The translations under genes were made by a program, and so were the position numbers. The notes below the pieces were generated by a model, which worked only from the letters and a program-made list of their open reading frames with translations, had not been told where the DNA came from and did no database searches. This document shows positions 52,523-64,000 of a stretch of 64,000 nucleotides of DNA, piece by piece; positions within the stretch are counted from its first letter, which is position 1, and every line of letters begins with the position of its first letter. This stretch comes from Chrysomallon squamiferum (lineage: Eukaryota > Animalia > Mollusca): the NCBI GenBank assembly GCA_012295275.1, contig CM022679.1, positions 4,712,001-4,776,000 of the forward strand. Direction: 5' to 3'.

Positions 52523-53972
52523 AAAGATATTCAAAAAGTCCTACCTGCTGTTATGGTAGCAGCAGCTGATCAATGCAGACAAGAGAAGGTGCCCGAGTGG
52601 TTTTAATACTTCCTGACAAGGAAGCCGGCTGTCAGCGACAGTGACCTCTCATTTCACAGTTGTCAGTGGAAACTAGGTGAGCAAGCAGCAGCCATCACAT
52701 GTGACTCACCCCCCACCCCCTGTCACAGTGATAGTCTGAGTGTTTGGATGAGTAAAAAGCTGAGATCATCTTTTATGACAGTGTGCATGTAGTTAAGTAC
52801 AGATATACGTACGTACGTACACACACACACACACACACACACTTACATACACACAGATATATAAAATATATACTCACAAATATATTCATACATACATACA
52901 TACATACACATACATATAAACATACATACATACATACATACATACATACATACATACATACATACATACAAACATAGATAGATACATACATACATTAAAC
53001 AGTTACACAGCTGTATGTACTTGAGCCATCAAAGCTCTGAACATATTTCTTAATTAGTCATATCATAACTTGCCTTGTCTTTTTTTTTTTTTTTTTTAAA
53101 TTTGTTTGGGGTTGTTGTTTTTTTTAATTTTTTATTTAGTTATCTTCTTTTCTTTTCTTTTCTTTTTTTTTAATTATTAATCAGAAAAGTGACATAATCA
53201 TACATCAAAGCAAAATTAATAAATGAGTAATTATTTTAATATTAATCATTATGAGGTGTCTGTAATTAATATATCAGTAATTGTTTAATATAAACTCGTA
53301 TGCAATGATTAAACAACAGAGGAGTGTCACGTTATATCACCTGCACCTCTGTTAGGTACATAAAATTAACAACAGATGTTCAAACATTAGGAATCTGAGA
53401 ATATTAAAATAACAAAGTTAATTGTTAATCTTACTCTGACAGACAAAACCTACTTCGTGACATTTCAAACAGAATCACTTAACAGAAGTCATAAATCTTC
53501 TACTGCCATTACTATAGTCACTGATTTGTACTACTGCTACTACTATTACAACTAATACTGGTATTACTACTATTGCTACAACTACTGCTAACATTACTAC
53601 TACATAACTCTACTACTACTACTACTACTGCTACCATATGAGATTTGTTTTCCCAGCAGAATCTGTTAACAAATGGTATAAATGTTCTAACCCTGCAGAC
53701 ATTTAGATTTTAACATTTATATGAGACAATGAACAAATAGTTTTCAATTAATGACAGTGAAAAGTTAAAGCCCAAAGCCATTGTTTAGCCACACTTGTTT
53801 AATACCAGTTAGAAAACCAATACAAATATAATAATAATAACAATAACAACAACCAATAATAATAACAATAACAACAACAACCAAAAACAATAATAATAAT
53901 AACAAAATGATGGATGAATGAATAAACGAGTAAAGATGAAAAATAAAAATTAATATAAAAGTTACAAATATA

Positions 53973-54051
<79 letters not shown>

Positions 54052-54896
54052 ATTGAGACCAAAGCTCAAAAATTCAATTCTTAATTTTGCCAATGGCTGG
54101 AACTCATGAGACAGTGTTCTAACTGAGCCACATTAATAAAAAATTTATTCTCAAATCTATCACGTCTAATGTGTTTAAAACGCATCCTTGAACCTCAGAA
54201 CACACACAGACAAAGAGCTCCACTGCTGAGCTATATCCCGTTCCGACACACTGACAAAGACAGGAGTGACTGACCACAAGACTAAACAATAGCTAACCCA
54301 CTAACACAGAAACAGTGTTTACTCTCAACAGTTATCTGATGACAGAAAATGAGGTAGGAATGTGAATCTGTCAATCATCTGTTAATCTGATAATCTGCGG
54401 TTCACTGTCTTAGTAATATTTATACTGGGTTACAGAAATGTTTGTGTTACTATTGTCTGTTTAAACAAATATTTTAATAAATGGGGGTGGGGTGGGGGTA
54501 TGACTTTGTTTCCCAGTTTGATAACATTGATGCAGATGACTAATTAGTTAGCTGTGGTGATTAATTATGAGTTTTTATTTTGTCAAAAAATTGTAATACA
54601 CATACGTACATATACACACAAATAGTAATACATATATACACACATACATATGTATAAATGCATACATTCATACAAACATACATTTGTACACATGTTGATA
54701 TGTAAATATATACCTATTTAAATAATGTTCAAATATATTAATCAAAGTATGTATTAGCACACACACACACACACACACAGACAGACAAACCTACAGGTGG
54801 AAACAAAATCATATATATATATATATATTTTTTATATATACTTTTTTCTTTACACAATATGTGCTATTTATCCTGTGACTTCTGTCAGTACAACAA

Positions 54897-54939
<43 letters not shown>

Positions 54940-55434
54940 ATGAAGAAAACAAATAAATAAATAATGAAAACAAACATTAACAATAAAATAAAAATAATAT
55001 TTATTGCTTCCTTCATTGTTTAGATTTCTTCCTAGTTCAAAACAATAAAAAAAAAATGTTTATTGCTTTGCAATATGAAAAGATAAAATCTGTCATGCTA
55101 TACATTATCAATATCCTCTTTTGAAACCAGTGAACAATAACCAATGATTTCAAAGTACAAAATGAATATTTATCAAAATCTAACCCTCACTGAACCAGAA
55201 TTTCTCAAAAACTGAAAAAATGTCTGTGTTCTTGTTACAATTCATGCATTTAAATGTAAAAACCTCAGTAAAGCAAACACTCTCTTTCTGTCTAGCATTG
55301 GTCTAACACTGATTTCAAGACTTTGATGTTAATTAGTAAATTTCCATCATGAAATCAACTCTATCTTATTGTTACTGTTGCAAAAATTATCAAAAAAAAA
55401 AAATGAAAAAAAAAAAAAAAAAAAAAAATAAATT

Positions 55435-55483
<49 letters not shown>

Positions 55484-56047
55484 AAATAATAATAAAAATA
55501 AAATAAAATTAAATAAAATTAAATTAAAAATGATATAGAAAAAAAAGAAAAAAAAAAAAAAAAAAAATACATTTAGCATAATCATGTGATACTTTGTTAA
55601 ATGAAAATTAAAATAATTCATCTGGACAGGCACTTTGTTTATTAGGTCTGTTTACAAATAAGTGTTTGTTCCAGCTGAAACATTTAAAAAATAAAATTAT
55701 AGAAAGGAAGTATAAATTATAACCAACATGAATAGTAATATTACAGATGTTTGTGGTCTTTGTAGTTGATTAATATGTTGTTCCGTTTGTCATGTGACTC
55801 TTTTAAAACCCATTTATTATATTGTGTGTGTCATGTGACTTTACCAAAACCCATTAATTATTGTTATGCACTGCAATTATTTATTTACTGTTTTTGTTTA
55901 TTTATTATTATTATTTTATTTTTAAATTATTATTCTTATTTATTCACTTATTTATTATTTTATATTTGTTAATTAATAAATTATTTTATTTATTTTATTT
56001 TATTTTTGCTTTACTTTTCATTGTTAAAACACATTCTATGTCATTGC

Positions 56048-56096
<49 letters not shown>

Positions 56097-57710
56097 AAAA
56101 TACAAAAATTTTCCTGGTACTAAATATTTCTGACATATTATTACAGAGCTTAAATATCCTGATGAGAATAGACAGGTATTTTTGTTTTCCTTTGTTTTTT
56201 CAGTAGCTGTTTTCTGGTCAATGGAAAGCTTTGTGTATATATTCAGTATCAAATAACCACAACCTGGTAATCAGTTCAAAAAACACCAGATAACTTGTAG
56301 TTTATTTTTTTTTTATTAAATTAAAATGTTTTTCAATTCCTTGTAGGTTTGGGAAGAGGAGAAAAAAACCTGAGACAAACCTCCATTGATTTAATGTTAT
56401 TCCAGAAAATATTGCAGATACTTCAGTAACAAACAATTTTATATTTTCTGGAGAGTTTTGTTGTGAAAAAAAAATAAAAAAAAATAAAATAAAATAAAAT
56501 AATAATATCAGCATATTTAAGACATAGAAAAAAAAAATATATATATATATTTTGTTTAACAACAAACTAAACACACAATAATGTAGTCAGTGATTATATG
56601 CACACTGGTTCAAATGAAGGAAACCCAGTGTCACCTCACAGATGTCTGTTCTTTCTCAGTTAGCAGCATGGGAACTCTGATATGCACCTTACCATAGACA
56701 GGAAAATATATCCTAAAGCCTCTGACAAATCACTTGTGAGATTTTGTATTTTCAAAAGACAGAACAGTTATGTAAAGACAATGAAGTAACGTACAGACAG
56801 ACTACAGACAGTAGAGTAATGAACAGACAACAAGCAGACAGTGAAGTAATGTACAGACAGACTACAGACAGACTACAGACAGCAGAGTAGGGTACATACA
56901 TGGTGTCAGATACTAAGAAAGAGAACAGAGATGTGAAAGAAAAGTTATTTACTGAAATTCAAAGGTACTCTTCTTTGTCACAAATGTACAGCAGGAATGT
57001 AAATCACGGTGCTAGTGGATGTTTTTCACTGCAGATGATTACAGGCTTGTTTGATATGTGTTTAAATATTGCTTCCTCAGTTTGAGTTTCGAATCCCTAA
57101 TAAAACTGCCAGTTAAACAGTTAATATAACGTCTCAAATTTCTGTATCTTGATGTTAAATATCCGACACATATTTACACTATAACAACTGCACAGAAATA
57201 TTATATCATCCAAAGTGTTTTTGTGTTGCAGTTACATGCAGTTTTAATGAACAGAAAATAAGCTTATGCTTACAAAGACTGGATATAACTGTGTATTTAT
57301 GACTTGATAGAAAGTTGATATTTTTTTTCGGGTTTCGAGTAGCTGTTTTGGACTGTAATAAATGGTGTCTTTAAATAAAACTGTAATTTATGTTACAATG
57401 ATAAAACATGCATTTAAGAAAACAAATTAAAATGTTATTTTTTTTAATTTAAAAAATATATAAAACTCAAACTAAACTAAACTTAAATGGGACGAAAACA
57501 GTAAAATAAAGAATAAAAGTAAACAAAATGCGTAAACTAATAATTATATGAGGTTTAAAAACTGACAAAAATAATTCAATATGGAGATAAAAAAATTTAA
57601 CAAAGAACTGTTATACTCACTGGTTCCTGATTCTAAATTCTCAACAGCTGATGAAGATAATTCTTCTTCTTCTAAAAAAAAAAAAACAAAAAAAAAACCA
57701 TTATATAGAT

Positions 57711-57748
<38 letters not shown>

Positions 57749-57999
57749 GCATTTATCATTTAAAAGAAAAATATATACAGAAAAGTTTTTATCATTTCAT
57801 TACTTATGATATTGAAATGAGGAAACAGTGTCCAGCATAGCATGTCTGCTAGAATTATCTCTTCAATTTGTGTCCGATAATAAAAATAAAAAAATTTAAA
57901 AATTCAAAATGGAGGTGTAAAATAGTATCAGGATGAAAACTGCTACATTTTGACATCAGCTAATTAGAGAATTTTCTAACATTCATTTTAACACAGATG

Positions 58000-58345
58000 G
58001 ACAAATTAATTGTATTTAATAAATATAACCAAAGGAGCACTGGTTTGAATGGTAAATAGCTAAATGGTTTCACATAGGAGAATTGATCTTTTGAATATTT
58101 TCGTACCAGAAGAAAAAAAATCAAAAAAACATTAAAAAAACAACAACACAAGATTAATTTAATAAATAATCAAAGGAGCACTGGTTTGAATGGTAAATAA
58201 CTAAATGATTTAACCAAGGAAGATTTATCAAGATAACATTTTCTTACCTAATGATAAAAAAACCAACAACCGCACATTATATTAATTTAATAACTAATCA
58301 TAGGAGCACTGGTTGGATTGGTAAATGTTTTAATAGGTTTACTAA
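58000..58345. repeat. Three degenerate ~130-140 bp tandem units with core GGAGCACTGGTTTGAATGGTAAAT
   Basis: Core starts at 58034, 58175 and 58303. Confidence 0.8.
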
Positions 58346-58723
58346 GAAAGACTGATGAGATGACAAAAAAAGCCTCATGTGATTATATGTATCACTCTGT
58401 GTTCCTGGTACGGTGAGATTAAAGCTGAAATTTATTTAAAGTTTACAAAGACAAACATGTCTGCTGTCAGCAGTTGATTAATTCAGTTACTTTAATTTAT
58501 CTGTATGTAAGCTCAATTCTGATTGGCTGTTACAAACAAGAAGGAAGTCATGCAGAAAGATGATAATAATAATAAAAAAAAGTAAAATAAAATAAAATAA
58601 TACTAAACTAATAATGGTACCAATAAATTAAATAATAATACTGATATTAATAATAATAACAAAAATGAAATGCTGTTATTTTTAGTACTGTTGCTATTGC
58701 TAATAATAATAATAATAAAATCA

Positions 58724-58774
<51 letters not shown>

Positions 58775-60661
58775 TAATGGAATGAGAGAAAAAAAGATGT
58801 CATGATGTTAACAAAAAAATAGAAAAAAATAAAATAAAATCATAAGTGAAAAATATTAAAGGACATAATGGCTTCCTTGTCAGGGAATCCAAAAAACAGT
58901 TTTCTTTCTTTCTTTTATTTGCACATTCAACTTTTTAAATTTCACTTAGCTGATTATTTGATTTTGCAAACTCCTTTGTGTTACCAACAAGAAGGAAGAC
59001 ATTAGTAAGGCCATTAAAAAAATAATAATGGTAAAAAAAGTAATAAAAATACAAAGAATTATAATAAAAAATTGTGACCTAAAAGAAATCATGTGACAAA
59101 TTAAGCGATAAACATTCTTCTTTTTATTACTTTTTAATTCTGTTCCTTTTTTTTAATTTGTTTTTCTTCTTTTTTATTTAAACATTTGTGGATAAATAGC
59201 AGAAATATTCACAGGTGCATACTAACAGTTACAAAAAACAAAAAAACAAAAAGAACATGCAGAGAATAGACATTTTGAAGATAGATTATTTAAGATATAC
59301 ACACAGAGTGTGTGTATGTATGTATGCAAGAATATGTGCATACATGCATATATATATATAGATATGTGTTGTGTGTCTGTGTATATATATGTATGTATGT
59401 ATGTACATATGTATGTATGTAACAGTGTGTGTGTCAGTGTATGTATGTATGTACATATGTATATATGTATGTATGTTTGTGTGTGTATGTATGTATGTAC
59501 GTACGTACGTATGTATGTATGTATGTGTGTGTGTGTGTGTCAGTGTGTATGTATATATCTATGTATGTATATATATATGTATGTATGTATGTATGTTATT
59601 TTGTATAGACACATACAAAAACACACTTAGATATATTAATACACATATTTACACATTGACACAGACAGAAAGAGAAGAAAATACACATTAGAACTCAAAT
59701 CTAAATTAATGATTATAAAATACCAATCAAACTCCAATAATGAATATCTTCCAGACATCTTGCTGATTTGGGTAAAAATGTTAATTTATAATGATGATGC
59801 TAATAAATAATAACAACAACAACACCACCACTACCAACAACAACAACAACAACAACAAAAGACAATAAAAATAACAGCAACAAAAAATATAATAATGATG
59901 ATGATGATTATTATTAAAAACAATAATAATGGAAATGAAACTAAAACATTTGAAAATCTCTTACCCCGGATTAGAGCTAAAGAAAAATAACAAACAAACA
60001 AACAAACAAGCAAACAAGGCAAATATCTGATTTATCCAATGGATAAAAACAAACTTCAGTGATTGGTCAGTTAGAAAAATCAGGAAGTCTTCCATGTGAT
60101 AATGACCAAGAAACTGACCCCTAGAGCAATAAAAAAAATAAAAAAATAAAAAAAAATAAAAAATGAAAAATTAAAAAATTTAAAAAAATATAAAATAAAA
60201 TAAATTTTTTAAAATTTAAAAAAAAATGAAATATATTCAAATATATGTAAGAATGTGGATTTAATTAAATTTATTCTCTCTGAAGAAGGTAAGAAGACAC
60301 CAACGACCTCAAAACAAACACAGATTAGGCGGATGCATTACCCTGTTGAAAGACAAAACTGCATTTCAGAAATCATTTTACTGCCCACTAATTCCCTTGG
60401 CACCAGGAAAAGCAAGCACAGCTGGGAGTGTTTATCTGAGTACATTTTTTGTTCTTTGCAGCAATTGGTCAGAAGGAATAATGAGGAAGTGTGACATTTG
60501 CCAGAAAAAAAAAAAAAAAAGAACAAAAAAAAAAACCCAACCCTATCCCATGACAAAAAAAAAAAAAAGACATAAATATTTACAGTAAAATCACGAGATC
60601 TAACATTACAATCATACGCCATTTTGTTTTGCTCTTTTTAAATTTATTATCATTTCATACA

Positions 60662-60981
60662 CAGGTTGCATGGAACCAGAAATGTTTTGGATTTTCCAAA
60701 TTTTCTAGATTTTGGCATATAAGAAGATAACATAAGGATCAATCTAAACATGAAATCATTTTATATTTGACATATTTTATACCTACATATATTTTATATC
60801 TACAGCATGCATGAACTTACATGTAATATTTTATATGTATTTTATACCTATTAGTAATTATACATAATATTTTTAATAGTTATGTGCATGAAATAAAGTT
60901 ACAGAGGCTGAACCTGTTGGAAAACTTAGAGTTTTCAGGAATTTCAGATTCTTAGTGATTTTTCAAATTTAACTCAACCTA
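60662..60981. mobile_element. pogo/Tigger-type MITE, copy 2 (more degenerate)
   Basis: CAGGTTG...GGAACCAGAAATGTTTTGGATTTTCCAAATTTTCTAGATTTTGG ... AATCTAAACATGAAATCATT ... GCATGAAATAAAGTT ... CTCAACCT, colinear with 51547-51886. Confidence 0.6.
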
Positions 60982-61386
60982 TGTTGTTATTGCAGATAAA
61001 ATTTGATACAACATTACTAGCATTGCTGCTGTTGCTGCTGCTGCTGTTACTGCTGCTACTAATTATCATAGAGCTGTCATGTATAATGTCTAACATTTAC
61101 TGCATTATTATTATTACAATTTTTTTCTTATTAGTATTATTGCTATAATGACTACTAAAACTACAACTAACTTCATTGATTCTGTCTTTATTGATAATAC
61201 TTGCACAATTATCATTATCATCATTATGATTATTACTGCTATTATTACTATCACTATCATTATTATCATTTTATTATCATTATTATTTTATTATTATCAT
61301 CATTGTCATATCATTACTATTTCATTATTTTTATTATTATCATTGCTATTATCATTATCATTACTATTTTTATTATTTTATTATTA

Positions 61387-61523
<137 letters not shown>

Positions 61524-61539
61524 TTATTATTATTATTAC

Positions 61540-61573
<34 letters not shown>

Positions 61574-61704
61574 TAAAAATATACTACAGTGGTAATAAGA
61601 ATTCTAAATTTTCAGACAGCTATAACTGATTTTCTTTCAGTAGAGTTTATTTGTTCTTATTATTATTACAATTACTTTTACTACTGCCACTCCTCCTACT
61701 ATTC

Positions 61705-61722
61705 TGCTACTACTATTACTGT

Positions 61723-61772
<50 letters not shown>

Positions 61773-61779
61773 GTACTGT

Positions 61780-61837
<58 letters not shown>

Positions 61838-61839
61838 GT

Positions 61840-61879
<40 letters not shown>

Positions 61880-61905
61880 GTTACTACTACTACTACTACT
61901 ACTGT

Positions 61906-61981
<76 letters not shown>

Positions 61982-62004
61982 GCTACTACTACTACTACTA
62001 CTGT

Positions 62005-62039
<35 letters not shown>

Positions 62040-62225
62040 TTACTACTACTGCTACTACTACTACTACTACTGTTACTACTACTACTACTATTACTACTAC
62101 TACTACTACTATTACTACTACTACTGCTCCTGATACTATCAAATACTGCAGCTACTATCATTACTACTGTTCTAGCACTACTACTCCTACTACTACTGCT
62201 ACTGCTACTACTACTACTACTGTTC
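61705..62225. repeat. (TAC)n trinucleotide microsatellite, preceded by an (ATT)n tract at ~61380-61575
   Basis: Direct inspection. It is the source of the poly-T/S/V/I/Y ORFs. Confidence 0.95.
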
Positions 62226-64000
62226 TGTTACTGCAACTAGTACAACTACTGCACTGTTACTATTTTTACTGCTCCTAACATAACTACTAATCTGGCCCTA
62301 TGACTACTTCTACTACAGCTGTTACTGGTACTACTACCACTGCTGTCAATACAATTATGACATTTTACAGTGCACACGAGTGGTGGAGCACTTAACCAGA
62401 GAGTGTTTGATAAATGATTTTATTACAGATTAATTGCCCTGAAACTAGGAAGAAACAAATCCTAGGTTGTTTAGTGGAATGTAGTTTCAGCTCTGTTGTC
62501 TTCAGTGATTGGTCAGTTGAAACAACTAGGAAGTGTGGGATGTAACAGAAAAAAAAAAACCTCTAAAACAAAAAATAATAATAATAATTAAAAAAATAAA
62601 GTAATAATAAACTGAAATAAATATTTTGAAAGTATATTTTTTTAGATGTATACACATGTGTGAATGTGTGAATGTTTGTATGGAAGAGTATGTGTATGCA
62701 TGCATATTGATGTATGTATGTGTGTATGTATGTGATATGTATGTATGTTTATGTGTGTTTGTGTGTGTGTGTGTGTGCGAATATGTATGTATGTATGTAT
62801 GTATGTATGAATGTATGTATACATGTATTTTCTATCTATATAGACACTTAGATACATATTGATCCAGACAGAAAAAAGAAAATACACATTAGAACTCAAA
62901 TTTAACTTATTGATCATACAATACCAGTCAAACCAAGATAATTAATTTGTTCTAGCATTGTTCTGATTTTGATAATAATAACAATGACAATAAAAAGAAT
63001 AATAATAAGTAATAAGTAATAAGTAATAATAAATAAATAAATAAATTAATTAATTAATTAATTTTTACACTGCAAGTTAAAAGAAAATAATAAATTAGTT
63101 AAGTAAATGTGTGAAAATGTTATCAAATGATGTAAATAATATACACTGACAGCTGAAAGTACTAGCAGAGAAAGACCATTTTTCAATTTCTTAGAAAACC
63201 ATTATTATTATTAATTGTATTATTATTATTATTTTTATTATTATTATTAATTGTATTATTATTATTATTATTATTTGTATTATTATTATTATTATTATCT
63301 TATTTTTTTTAATATTATTATTTTTCTTATATATTTTTTTTTTTTTTTTTTTTTATTATTAATTTTATTATTATTATTTTATATATTATTTTTATTATTT
63401 TTTATATTATTATTTTTTTTATCATTATTATTACTTTATATATTACTTTTATTATTTTTTTGTATTATTATTTTTTTATTATTATTATTACTTTTTATTA
63501 TTTTTTTGTATTATTATTTTATTATTATTTTATTCTTCTTCTTCTTCTTCTTCTTCTTCTTTTTTTATTATTATTATATTTTATTATTTTTATATTATTA
63601 TTATTATTATTTATATATTATTTTTATTATTATTTTTATTTTATTTTTTATATATTATTTTATTTTTTTTTTATTATTTTTTTATTATTATTAATTTTAT
63701 ATATTATTTTCTTATTTTTTTAAAATTATTTTTTTTATTATTATTATTTTATTAGTTTTTATATTATTCTTCTTATTTTTTTATAGTTACTATTATTATT
63801 ATTTTATTATTACTAATTTTTTTATTATTTTTATTATTATATTTCTTATTCTTATTATACATGCTATTTTATTATTGTTGTTGTTGTTATTATTATTAGA
63901 TTATTATTATTATTATAATTAATATTATTTTAGTATCATAGTTATGAGTGTGGCTATCAGATTATTATCTTTCTCATTATTATTATTTTATTAATAGCAT

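Overview
AT-rich, microsatellite-dense animal DNA with GT-AG introns. The repeat landscape resembles a coleoid cephalopod or other mollusc, but that is inference. Almost all ORFs in the supplied track are microsatellite artefacts, so the real genes were reconstructed by hand from splice sites and reading-frame phase. From left to right the window holds: (1) the last two coding exons of GFER/ALR (Erv1 sulfhydryl oxidase, +); (2) unannotated-looking gene A (-, ~350 aa) with an N-terminal two-helix coiled coil, a tandemly amplified array of 48-54 nt phase-1 exons (two carrying SSGYNS) and a C-terminal PQEHDE motif; (3) its apparent short paralog gene B (-, 136 aa) with DSGIGS, PLQES and EPQEH motifs, downstream of a perfect NF-kB site abutting a perfect CRE; (4) an intronless RS/Arg/Lys-rich protamine-like ORF (+) followed by a canonical replication-dependent histone stem-loop, a purine-rich element and a poly(A) signal; (5) a 13-14 exon BCAP/PIK3AP1-like adaptor (-; TIR, DBB, ankyrin, YxxM); (6) about 20 kb of upstream non-coding DNA with two pogo/Tigger-like MITEs and four CCAAT-ETS elements at identical 21-bp spacing. 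The best candidates for something new are the paralogous degron/TRAF-motif pair next to BCAP and the non-histone gene with histone 3'-end signals.
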